Origin: Octopus vulgaris
Lineage: Eukaryota
Length of the DNA stretch: 64,000 bases
Assembly: GCA_951406725.2 (NCBI GenBank)
Contig: OX597814.1
Coordinates: 80,972,001 to 81,036,000, forward strand
Direction: 5' to 3'
Each line of letters begins with the position of its first letter. Position 1 is the first letter of the stretch. The position numbers and the translations under genes are program-made. The notes beneath the pieces are model-generated. The model saw only the letters and a program-made list of their open reading frames with translations. It was not told the DNA's origin and made no database searches. Of the stretch, positions 12,736 through 24,342 are shown in pieces.

Positions 12736-13120
12736 CTCTCTTTTACTTGTTTCAGTCATTTGACTGTGGCCATGCTGGAGCACTGCCTTTAGTCGAGCAA
12801 ATTGACCCCAGGAATTATTCTTTGTAAGCCTAGTACTTATTCTATCGGTCTCTTTTGCCAAACTGCTAAGTTACAGGGACATAGACACATGAGCATTGGT
12901 TGTCAAGCGATGTTGGGACGGACAAACACAAACACACACACACATATATATATATACATATATACGACAGGCTTCTTTCAGTTTCCATCAACCAAATCCA
13001 CTCACGAAGTTTTGGTCAGCCCAAGGCTATAGTAGAAGACACTTGCCCAAGGTGCCACACAGTAGAACTGAACCCGAAACCATGTGGTTGGTAAGCAAGC
13101 TACTTACCACATAGCCATCC
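12736..13120 (-). mobile_element. tRNA-derived SINE family A, full length
   Basis: 'ctcttttacttgtttcagtcatttgactgtggccatgctggagcactgcc..' through 'gaagacacttgcccaaggtgccacac..aagctacttaccacatagcc'; reverse complement of the 4452/20845 copies. Confidence 0.9.
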
Positions 13121-13789
13121 TAAAAGTTTATCATCTTTGAATGGATGTAAAGTACTGATATCCCACTGTCCTAGGAAAGAACATGTTGTATGATGAGGCC
13201 CTAGGTTTCTTTCATGTAGGAAAAAAGTTGAGCTGATCATGACTGGAATATCTTTGATCATGCATTTACTTAGTCAGAGTTCACCTACAGTAAAAAACAA
13301 CATGAACAACAAGTTTCTGCCCTGCATAAGAAGTTTCTATCTTCCACAAGTTTTCAGAGGAAGAGTACAGCAGATTGAATCAATCTCAGTATTATAACTT
13401 CTGATATTATATACAAGTAGAACTGAAGCTGTAGAATTTGAAATAAAAAAAATAAAAAAGCAAAAAACAGATGCTGAAATAAAAAGCGAAAAACATATGC
13501 TGAAAATATTTTAGCCAGCATTCCACTATTTCTAGGACTCCACTAACCTAATTTTCCTTTTTCTATTTTGATATATAATTTCATAACATTATTTCACACA
13601 CACACACACACACATACACACACATGAAGCCAACTTGTGACCAAGTTCCTAAACTTCCTAAACTCAGTAAGTCTGTGCAAACATTCCTAGAGTCCAAGAA
13701 GTTTCCATGCATGAATTTGTTTTGAGTGGATAAAGTGTTGCACAACCTTGTACCTTTTCAGTGCAATCAGCTATAAAGCAGTTTTATTC

Positions 13790-14072
13790 TGGTGGACCCC
13801 CATAGCCATTCAATGTTTACAGTCTAGTTTTATAGAAACTTCTTTCAAAATTCCTATTTTGTTTTTCATACATTAACCTGTGTAAGTTGAACTATGTAAA
13901 ATGTTAAAGAAAGAAACAGCTGTTTCTTACAATACATACCAATACATAAATACATACATCTAAAGTAAAATTTTTCAAGGGCCCTTAAAATACTATTGTG
14001 GATCCCCAGTTTACTGTTTTGTTGTGTGAACCTCCACAAAAATTGTATATGGACCCTGGTTGAGAACCACTG
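13790..14072. mobile_element. hAT (Charlie-like) MITE fragment with one TIR
   Basis: Ends 'ggaccctggttgagaaccactg' (CAGTGGTTCTCAACC TIR); 'ggacccccatagccattcaatgttt' shared with 53301-53554. Confidence 0.6.
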
Positions 14073-15429
14073 GTTTAGGGGGATAAAGAATGTAATATTG
14101 TGATGTCTATGCCTTCCCAAGTGTATTAGTAGCCAAAGAAAAAGAAGAAAAAAAACTTTAAGTGATCTTAAATCTAAAGGGAATATAAACTAGATCATGA
14201 TCTATGCTTGCTGCTAGCTTACAATTTATTCTGCAGCACCCATCATCTCTGATGATATTTATTGAAACTGAATACGATTATTCCCATTACAGAAATGTAT
14301 ATTAATATTTTTTATGACTATGGATAATTTTATATATATATATATCATTATTTTGTGTTTATTATGTCTAGATTCTTTCTCAGTTTTAGAATCACTGAAT
14401 TTGATTGATAACATTTAGTATATATTGTTCTTGGTATTTTCTTTAAAGTTTTTCTCTTATGTTCTCTTCGACTTTAGCCAATCTTCATATGGCCTTCTAT
14501 GCTTCTGATTTGGACTGCCAATAACCTATAACATAGGTTATTGAATTCTCTTTGTGCATTCTCATTATAACCTTTTCACTCTTTTTCTCATACGCACTTC
14601 AAGTTTTGTTGTCTATTCGGCAGAGCGTTTTAAAATCTTTTCTTTGAATTTATGTTTTGTGGCCAGTAATTCACACTTATCTCATATTCTGCTTCAGTAT
14701 TGTGGTTTTTTATACTCAACAAATAAACTTAATAAGGCATAATGGATGGATGGAAGGAGAGAAGGATAACTGAAGTACTTAACAAGACACAGATCTCTAC
14801 TAGTTTTAGGTTGATTAAATACAAGTTCTGTTTATTCTGTGGTCAGTACTAGGAAGGGCATTCAATAGTGAATGCAGTAAAACACAAACACACACACACA
14901 CACACACACACACATAAGCACACAAATATACATGCACACAAACACACACACACATAAGCACACAAACACACATACACACATAGAAACACAGACACATATA
15001 CACATTTAGAAAGAGAAAGAGAGAGAAGTTGCACACATGAAAGCTTAATGCAATAAAAGTACATGAGTAAATAGAAACAAAATGTGTTAAGACTTATTTT
15101 GAAGACTTTTTTTCATAATTTTGATTCTGTAGAGTAGTGTTTCTAATATACCAGGACCAGTTAACTATATTTTTCTAGTAGCAGACATTGATTTGGTGTG
15201 TTGTATATTGTCAAAAGAAAACACTATTGCCTTAGTCAGCATCATCATTATTATCTTCAGCCTTCAGTTTATCCATTCTATCACCAAAACAGGTGGATGT
15301 CCAATATAATTTTGACTCATTCATGAAACCTCAGTTCTTTGTCCAAAATCTTTTGAGAAAGGTTAATCATCACAACATTTCATTTCCCCACCTCTCCTCT
15401 GATCAACGCTTATTAAAACCACTAAAATG

Positions 15430-15640
15430 GAAAGCCAGCAGAATCATTAGGATACCGGACAAAATGCTTAGCAGTGTTCCCTCTGGCTTTATGTTCTGAG
15501 TTCAAATTCCTCTAAGGTCAACTTCACCTTTCATCCTTTTAGGGTTGATAGAATAAGTACCAGTTGAGCACTGGGGTTGATGTAATTGACTCCTCATCCC
15601 ACTAAAACATTGCTGGCCTTGTACCAAAATTAGAATTATT
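15430..15640 (+). mobile_element. tRNA-derived SINE with Nin/Deu-like central domain (family B)
   Basis: 'gagttcaaattcc..ggtcaacttcacctttcatccttttagggttgatagaataagtaccag' matches the Nin-domain motif 'GCCTTTCATCCTT..GGTCGATAAA.TGAGTACCAG' (recalled from the SINE literature). Further copies at 9000, 22885, 27490, 37367, 45535, 57240. Confidence 0.75.
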
Positions 15641-15654
15641 TAAGACAACTAAAA

Positions 15655-16045
15655 ATACTAACCAAATTTCTCTAAGATTATACCTTAAGCTCATAGAAAT
15701 CTTTGAATAAAGTAGTCTTTATTAATGTGAGAAAATGCATATTTTCTGAATCAAAGTGGTCATATATGGAATGCTTTTGATCATAGGTTTGTTCAGTTGG
15801 GTCTGAATGGAGTTAAACAACAATAATGAATAAATCTATTTCTTCTTTTTTGTTGCTGTTTAACCCTAATTCACCCCCAATCATCAAACCTATCATAAAA
15901 GACATTCCATACATGACCATCACATTTTTTCCCAATGTGCAGGGAATCTATACCACATTATCAACATGTTTTTCCCTAAAATGCTAGGGTGTGATTTGAG
16001 GGAGATTTGGCTGCTAGTTCTAGCAACCATGTAGAGGCTCTCTTG
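15655..16045. repeat. Two family-E dispersed repeats in inverted, tail-to-tail arrangement
   Basis: 'ggtcatatatggaatgcttttgatcataggtttg..ttaaacaacaa' faces 'ttgctgtttaacc..caaacctatcataaaagacattccatacatgacc'; outer 'accaaatttctctaagattatacc' pairs with 'gggtgtgatttgagggagatttggct'. Confidence 0.7.
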
Positions 16046-16089
16046 TTTACATGAAATGATAGCAGAATGAAAGAAATGATCAATCACTA

Positions 16090-16550
16090 AATCATTTGAC
16101 TGTAGCCATACTGGGACACCATGTTGAGGGGCTTTAGTTGAACAAATTGATCCCCAATACTTAGTTTTTCTTTAAAGTTTGCTACTTATTCTAGCAATCT
16201 TTTTTGCGAAACCTCTAAGTTATGGGGATATAAACAAAGCAACATCGAACGCAATCACAAAGACACACACACAAGCAAATGACAAGCTTCTTTCAGTTTC
16301 TGTCTACCAAATCCACTCACAATGTTTTGGTTGGATCAGTGCTATAGTAGAAGACCGACAATCATCCTTGTCATCACATATCTCTTCTCTTCTTTATAGT
16401 TGCATGGGTATAGCATCTCTCCACTTGATGCTGTTCTTTGTCAACTCCTTCAGGGTCTTCATGTGATCAGTCTTCATCATAAGGTACCACACAGTGGGAC
16501 TGAACCAGGAGCCATGTGGTCAAGAAGCAAGATCCTTACCACACATCCAC
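16090..16550 (-). mobile_element. SINE family A carrying an inserted RTE 3' fragment (16356-16480)
   Basis: The SINE sequence 'gctatagtagaagac|aaggtaccacacagtgggac' is interrupted by 125 bp homologous to 10604-10720. Confidence 0.8.
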
Positions 16551-17487
16551 ACTTCCTCCTCTTTATATTATGCACTTTATTTTTATTTCATTGTAATATA
16601 GATAAAAAAAAATATTTAAAAAAAAACAGGAATTCAGTGCCCATATTATTGTGGGCTTAATTTATTGGCACATGTAAAAACTGTGACTTGCACAAGTGTG
16701 GAAAAGAGGCACTAATAGAAGTGGTATTTTTCAAAATAAAGCATTCTTCAGGCTGCAATATCCAATAAACTAAAAATGAAATTTGAAAGTTTGTTTTTTT
16801 TTGCTTCAGAGTTACCCAGTACAAATGATCCATGGTTGGGGATCCCCAATCAAAAGAATTCCAACAATCATCAACTTTTCTTTCTCTTGGGTATTGCCTT
16901 TTTTAAAACTACATTATGCAATGTCTCTCTCTCTCTCTCTCTTCAAGATGCTGCAGTGTAATTTGAGAGAGATTTGGGCTGCTATTTTTAGCAATTTGAG
17001 CGACCAGGTAGAGGCTGTCTACCTGGCAGGCATTGTAGATATTGATGGTAGACTTCTGGTGGACAGAGTGTTTGAAGCAAGCACAATTCTCAGTTGTGGT
17101 TTTTCATTAACTCTGCTAATACTCCTGGGAAAGACACAAATATTGCAAGTTCTATTACATTTTCCCACTGAATTGTATATGTCTGATAATCAATTGATGG
17201 ATTCTTTTGATCATGAAAGGTCGTGCACTTTTTGAAAATACATATTATTTTAATCAGGAACTCATTCTGTAGCTAAAATTGTGAAATCTCAGGAAACTTT
17301 CCATTCATATTACTTTGATAACATATTACTTATTTAGTAAGAAGGAAAAAAATGGTGTTCTCTACAACACACACACACACATACATATACACATACACAC
17401 ACACACACTTTGTTGTATCATAAGAGGGTCCTTGTGCCAATAATATATAATAGAATATAATATATATTAATATATATATATATATAA

Positions 17488-17712
17488 CATCATCATCATC
17501 ATCATTGTCATCATCAACCTTGAACGTCTGTTTTCTATGCTGGCATAGTTTGGACAGCTTGATAGGAACTGGTAAAGCCAGGGGTCACATCAGGTTCCAT
17601 AGTCTGTTTTGCCTTGGTTTCTATGGCTGGATGCCCTTCCTAATACCAACCACTTTAAGTACTGGGTGCTTTTTATGTGGCACCAGCACTTTTTACATGG
17701 CACCAGCACCAG
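17488..17712 (-). mobile_element. RTE-tailed SINE family C
   Basis: (CAT)n, 'aacgtctgttttctatgctggcat', 'ctatggctggatgcccttcctaataccaacc', 'gtgctttttatgtggcaccagcac'. Confidence 0.75.
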
Positions 17713-19604
17713 AGCTTTCTATAAGGCTTTAGCACCCACATATATCTCACACACATACAAAACCATATATTTGAGGGGGTTCCATTAATTGTTATCTTCA
17801 TTGTCATCATAAATATTATCATCACCATTTTATATTGTAACCATCATAATTAGCTTTGTCAACATGACCTTCAAAATCAATATTATCCTCCACTCTAACC
17901 ATCATCATCTTCACTATTGTCATCATCACCATCATTGTCATTGTTATTTTCATCATCATCCTTATGCTTTCTGTCACCACTGCTATTGTTCATTTCTTTT
18001 CCAAAATGCAAGTTTTTGATTTCATATCATTTTCACAATTCTGTGATCACATATTCTTTTTATTGTTAAAAAAAAGAACTAACAATAATAAGAATATGCT
18101 GTCAGTGCTATGAAAAGCAACTCTTTCTCTCTGGGGGAGTTTTCAAATATGCTTTATGCAATTTTCAAGAATGGATGAACTTTAAAAAAGAAACAACTTT
18201 TTTTGGCATTTGCTTTGATTCAAAAATAACTCACTATGTTATTGAATATTAAATATCATTTTCTCTATTTTTATTATTTTTTTATATCCTCATGAAACTA
18301 GCATCAAAACATATTGTTCCTTTGAATTGCACTAGCTTACCCAAGTATTTTATTGAAAAATTATGTTTCCATGGTAGACAAGGGCCTCACATAGCTGGTT
18401 CTTACTTCTCTTTAGACTTTTCTTGTATTAAACAGATAAATCTTTAGTTTTCAGCATTAAGCCAATAATAGATAACTCTTTCAGAGAAGAGACTTATATT
18501 AATTTAATTTTTTTTTATGCTTGTAACCATTTTACCATTTTTGCCAAAAAATTCATTTATATTTTCTCAAAGATAATAGCTCAAACTATTCCCTCATTTG
18601 CTCTGGGAAAAATAATAAATGAGACTATTGACTCTTTCACTGTGCAAAATATATTTGCATTCTCATGTGAGAAACAATATCAAGATATCCAGCAGTGATT
18701 GAGTATTGTTTATCAAGTTTCAACAATATATAATGGCAAAGAGCATAACCACTGCTCTGACTAGCACAATCATCATCATCATCATCATTTTAAGCGTCCA
18801 CTTTTCCATGCCTGCATAAGTTAAATGAAGTTTATTGATGCAAATTTTCTGCAGATGGATGCATTTCTTGTCTCCTAACCTCACTTTTTTACAGTATTTT
18901 TCAACAATTATTAATACTGAGAGCTAATATTCATCACCACTTAAATGAGGATGTTCTGTTAGAACAAACTATACTGCAGTAGATACCATAAGAAAAACTC
19001 TGATCTTGGCTTTTAGTGCAAAATGCACATTTGTTTATATCACTAGTGGGGAGATAAATCTGCGCCATTTCTTGTGCTGAGATCTCTTGATTATGTGATT
19101 TCAAACTTTCTTGGTCTTATTAGTGATAAATGTTCGGCTGCTAGAGATAGCAGCGATTCATTTCCCTGATAACAATATATAGAAAAACAGAGCTAGTGTT
19201 GCAATTAGCCAGTGAGCTTGTTAAAAAATATATATTAGTGACAGAGGCAGTATCAAATACTGAGAGATAATATTTATCCCCACTTAAATGTAGACATTAC
19301 ACAGTATACTTGGTGTGTTTAATCAAGGCACCAGTACTAGGTGGTTTTTCATGTTCTTAACATGATTAAAGGTTCCTCTCAAACCCACATGTTTTCTGCT
19401 TATTTGCCAATCACTTTGCATAGTGCTACAAGTGCATTTTTATATTAGTACTGGCCTGTGAGAAGTGTCATGCTCCTTGACAAGGATTTACTTGACCCCA
19501 TATTGTCTCCACTCATTTGCTAACCACTTTAATGTATGTAGGTAAGTAGGTTGGTATGTATGTATGTATATATATATATATATACATACATACATATATA
19601 AATA

Positions 19605-19840
19605 ATCATCATCATCATGTCTACCTTTCCATGCTTTCATGTGTTGGTCGGAGTTTTATTGAGGCAGATTTCCAATGGCCAGATGCGCTTCTTGTTGTCA
19701 ACACTTGCCTGTTTCCAAGTGAGGTAATATTTCCTTGTGGCCAGACATGTTCTAATAGAATACTGAAAACGAATAAACCTGCCCGTATGACAGTGACAAT
19801 AATTTTACAACTATCATGCAATATCAAGATAAAGACACAC
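19605..19840 (-). mobile_element. RTE-tailed SINE family D
   Basis: 'ttgaggcagattt..gcctgtttccaagtgaggtaatatttcc..gccagacatgtt..tatgacagtgac..ttacaactatcatg'. Other copies at 18770, 39095, 44080, 45137, 51860, 54883. Confidence 0.75.
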
Positions 19841-20790
19841 AAACACATCACAGGAACACGTGTGACAGGTTTCTTTCAACTTACATCTATCAAGTCCACT
19901 CACCAAAATTTGGTTGACTCTGGGCTATAGTAGAACACACTTGTCCAAGGTGCCATGCAATGAGATTTAAACCTGGAACCATGCAAAGCAGGCTCATATG
20001 AATGCTTTGAGCTTTTGTTTTCGATGCAAATAATGATTACTATCCAAAGATCAGCATTCTAGAAGTGTGTTTTAAAAATTGTTTACTTACATCAGAGGAG
20101 ACGTGCATAGTTATAGACTAATTCTTATACACATGTTATTGATGTATTCATTGAAAAATCTCTTGTAATTACTAATAATGCATGATTGGTTGCGGCACTT
20201 TGTGAAGCCTTCAACACCTTTTAACAAGTCTTCTTGCAGATTTTCTTTCTTTCCATATTTTTTTAACATCTTTCATAGCCTATCATTTCTTATGATTACA
20301 AAAGCAGAAAAAAAAAGATGTATTTAAAATAAAATGATTAATTGAAAAAGGAAAAAATAAGGACTAAATAGAAAAGAATTACAAGAAAACAAGATTTTAA
20401 TTAAAATAATTATGTAATTGGTTTTAATTTACTTTTGGTCTAATTACATTTCTTTTACCTAGAGTATTCGCTTACATCATCAGTGGTGGTGGAGTGGGGT
20501 TGAAAGGTGGTGGTTATGATGGTGTTGTTGGTGGTGTTGCTGGTGTTGGCAGTGGTAGTGTTGGTGGTGGTGGTGGTGCTCTTCCTACTTTCATTAGCAT
20601 TATTGTTATTTTCTTATTCTCCCACATCTATCTATTTGCACTTACTTTGTAAAGATAGTTTTTCAGGAAGTGGTTTAATTAAAAGTTCTTACATAGATCC
20701 ACAAATGCTCACAAATGTTATTTATGCATGTAGATATTCAAATGTACGCACATCATTACATATAGTCACACAAACTCACATGTATTTGTG

Positions 20791-20844
<54 letters not shown>

Positions 20845-20846
<2 letters not shown>

Positions 20847-21205
20847 CACAGGTGCAGCTGTCTGGTAAGAAGTTTGCTTTCCAACTACATGGTTCCATGT
20901 TCAGTCTCACTGCATGGCAGCTTGGGCACGTGTCTTCTACTATAGCCTTGGGGCAACCAAAGCCTTTTGAGTTAATTTGGTAGACAGAAACTGGATAGAA
21001 TGTGTGTGTGTGTTTGTGTCTATGTTTGCTCCACCACCACCACTGCTTGCCAACCAATGTTGATGTATTTACAACCCCATAACTTAGCAGCTTATCAAAA
21101 GAGATCGATAAAATAAGTACCAGTCATAAGAAAAAAGTACTAGGTTCAAGGCGGTGCCCTAGCACAGCTCCAGTTCAATGACTGGAATAAGTAAAAAATA
21201 AAAGA
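20845..21205 (+). mobile_element. tRNA-derived SINE family A, full length
   Basis: Same two-module structure as 4452 and 12736; follows an (AG)n tract. Confidence 0.85.
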
Positions 21206-21309
21206 TAATAATGATATATGTACACGCATGCATGCACACACATACACAAACATAAATATATATATATAAGAGGAATAAGGTATTTCAAATACGATACAAG
21301 ATAAATTTT

Positions 21310-21740
21310 TAGTTTGTTGAAAGTATCTTCTCTGCTAGAGAAGAATAAACAGATACCTCATGGCAATTGCCATTAGCTCCATATGAGAGTTGGCAATAAT
21401 CTAAAGAATCCTCTGAAATTGACATGCGACCAAAGAAAGACACTCTGATTATCTGAAGACAGAGAGACAGCTGTAAGCACGTTTCTGCCTTAACAGATGC
21501 AATCAATTCAGCAGTTGCCCAACCTTTAAAAGATGTAGATGGGAGAATTTTGTAAATCCAGCAGTATTTCTTTGCTACAAGAGATAATCCAGGAGAGGGC
21601 AAGCAGAAATGTTATATATTTCTGCTTACATAAAGATGGAGGTGGATTAAATTTTTGCTCATATCAAGTAGTACAGCAAACTCTCTCCAGGACATACTGA
21701 GAGAAATTATCTCAGTTGAGAAAAGCAAATACTATGGCAC
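21310..21740 (-). mobile_element. Possible decayed L1/Tx1-like LINE C-terminal fragment
   Basis: Minus frames give FNPPPSLCKQ..FLLA../LVAKKYCWIYK.., weakly reminiscent of the Tx1-like ORF2 C-terminal region. Several disruptions; similarity is weak and recalled, not measured. Confidence 0.3.
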
Positions 21741-21939
21741 TGTCTTCTGTACCCCTAATCTTATTGCACCATGTTCCTACTCTAGAGGAAATAGCTCAAC
21801 GCAATCTCTTCCAGATTCCTATAAAAGCAACATAATCTCTACCAGATTCCTACGTAAAAAAAAAAGAAGATAACATGCTAAAATTAGACAACTGATCACA
21901 TTGCAGCTTTTTAGTCAAGTGTGTTTATGACTCAGTGTT

Positions 21940-22437
21940 AATGGCATCTGCCTTAGCTGTTGTTTACTTTTGTTTTTAATTAAAAAAATGAATGAACTTC
22001 TTTGTGATGAAACAAGTGTGTGATGAACCCAGTACTTTGTAGAGTAAACAAGCAAGGCCTAACCTCTTTACTGTTGAGGAAATTATTGATGATATGTACT
22101 CTTTAGATTAAAAGCTTACCCTTACACAGACAGTGAGAGTGATTTGGACAATCAAATTGGCAAAAAGGATGAGGAAAGTAACGATTTGGTTGAACAAATA
22201 TAGTAGTTGAGAGATAGGCCTATTATTGTTATTCTCTTCATTTTTTTTTTCTGGGTTTCTGCAACATTAGTTTGCTTGTAATGAACAAATATGCTAGTTG
22301 AGAGAAAGGCCTACTACTGTTATTCTCCTAAAAATTTTTGTGTTTCAGCTCTTTAGTTTGCCTGCAATCATTACTCTTGAGCTGAGGCTAGGTGAAGGGT
22401 AAAGGTAGGCACATCAGCCCAGGTCTGAATGGGTTAA
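21940..22437 (+). mobile_element. Probable piggyBac deletion derivative with an internal ~90-bp tandem duplication
   Basis: Acidic N-terminal-like peptide pieces 'LFTVEEIIDDMYSLD' and 'DSESDLDNQIGKKDEES'; duplicated units 22191-22281 / 22282-22367; ends 'ggtctgaatgggTTAA'. Confidence 0.45.
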
Positions 22438-22884
22438 AACTGAAGATGCAGACAAAACACAAGCACAAGCTGAAATTGTTAGACATACTTCTGGCTATAC
22501 ATTTGTATCCTAGTACATGGGTCAAAGAAACCTAAGAATCATAGTAAAAGATGCTGGACATGATGTTAGCCCATGGCCAGTAGTGAACTGTATTACAGTA
22601 TGGGAGATTGGTCATATTAGGCTTGACAAAAGCTGAACTGTGGTAAAGTCTAAAGGCCACAAAGCCATACCAGAAATGTGACTAGCAGAAGACACTGAGA
22701 TGAAGTGCATTGGATCGATGATATGGGGTAGGAAACCTAGTCATTAGATTTGTCATAGTAAAACACATCTTAGCACATCTTCAAAATAGGACTGGGTAGT
22801 TTAAGCAAAAACAAAGAAAAAGAAATAACATTAGGCCCAGTATCACAAACAGAGAAGCAAATATAAAAAAAAAAACCTTGTTAA

Positions 22885-23085
22885 TTGGCAGAATCCTTAG
22901 AGTGTTGGAAAAATGTCTCAAGGTATTTGTTTTGGCTCTTTATATACTGAGTTCAAATCCTCTTAGGTCAGCTTCGCCTTTCATCCCATCAGGTCAATAA
23001 AGTAAACTTACCAATTTAGTGCTGTGGTTGAAGGTATTGACTCTCCTTAAAAATTGCTGGCCTTCTGCCTAAATTAGAAATCATT
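22885..23085 (+). mobile_element. Nin/Deu-domain SINE family B
   Basis: 'ggcagaatccttagagtg..gagttcaaatcc..ggtcagcttcgcctttcatcc..aaattgctggccttctgcctaaattagaaa'. Confidence 0.7.
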
Positions 23086-23244
23086 AGAAGTAGTAGTAGC
23101 AGCAGCACTACCACCCCACTGACACAAGAACATCTTTTACTGCGTACGCATGGGTGTATGGCCTGTGCGGGTTGGTTGTCTGTTCTGATTTTATCTCTAG
23201 GTTGTTCTATTCTAAATAACTATATCTATTTGGTTTGCCTTGGT

Positions 23245-23284
<40 letters not shown>

Positions 23285-24119
23285 TGCATGCAAACTGAAG
23301 GATAATAATGATGATAATAATAAAAATAAGACTACTGAATAATATTATTAATAATAATAATAGTAATAATAATAATTACAACAACAACAGCAAAAACAGA
23401 ACAGCAGCAATAATATTAAATTATCAATAGGAAAAACTAAGAGTAATTTAATAGAATAGGGGAGCTTTGGAAGCATTGAAAGCAAAGATTTTCATTCGAT
23501 TTGAATGGGTCTTTAATTAAGATGGATTTTTGTCTGAAAAAAGTCATTTGTGAGGTTAAGCTGGTAGATTATTATACTGACAACACTTAGTGATGAGTTC
23601 AAAAATCCTATATCAATCATTTTGTTACTTCAATGCTGTTGTACAAGTTACATGTAACAGACACAGCTCTAAATTTCAGACTATTCATAGTTGAGTGATC
23701 AGGAATCGGAAGGATATCAGCTGTAAAGAATAATCATCTGTAAAGAATCATTTCCTCAAAACTACTACTACTAACAGCAGCAACAGATGCATGCAAGCAT
23801 GGAAAAATGGACATTTAAATGATGTTGATAGAAGAATCTATAGAAATATATATATAAATATACAAATATGCATGTGTGTATGTGTGTGTGTATATATATA
23901 TATATATATGCATGTGTGTATGTATATATATATATATGTATGCTTATATGTATGTATGTTGTATATATGTATGTATGCTTATATGTATGTATGTTGTATA
24001 TATGTATGTATGCTTATATGTATGTACGTATGCTTGTATATATATATATATATATACACAAATGCATTCATCATACATACATACATATATATATATCTAT
24101 ATACAGATAGTTGAAATTT

Positions 24120-24295
24120 ACAGAAAAACAAAACAAAACACAAAGACGGATGTGTAAACAACAAACAGATGTATTAGTTTAACGCTTGGGAAGGGGAGAA
24201 AGTCTTTTACGTTTCGAGCCTATGCTTTTCAACAGAAAAGAACACAGAAATAAGCAGAGAAAGAAAATAGAAGAGGTTTAGTGGCTAGCGATCAA
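24120..24295 (-). mobile_element. Possible Penelope-like terminal repeat with a degenerate hammerhead-like core
   Basis: Minus strand 'CTGTTGA A AAGC ATAG GCTC GAAACG' resembles the CUGANGA..stem II..GAAA layout reported in Penelope pLTRs. Confidence 0.4.
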
Positions 24296-24342
24296 TGTGT
24301 GTATGTTTTTACATATATGCATGTATGTATATATGTATGTTT

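Noticed and set aside
16783-17235. 150-aa plus-strand ORF
   Set aside because: Runs through a hAT end, a (CT)n tract and a family-E repeat; no domain signature.
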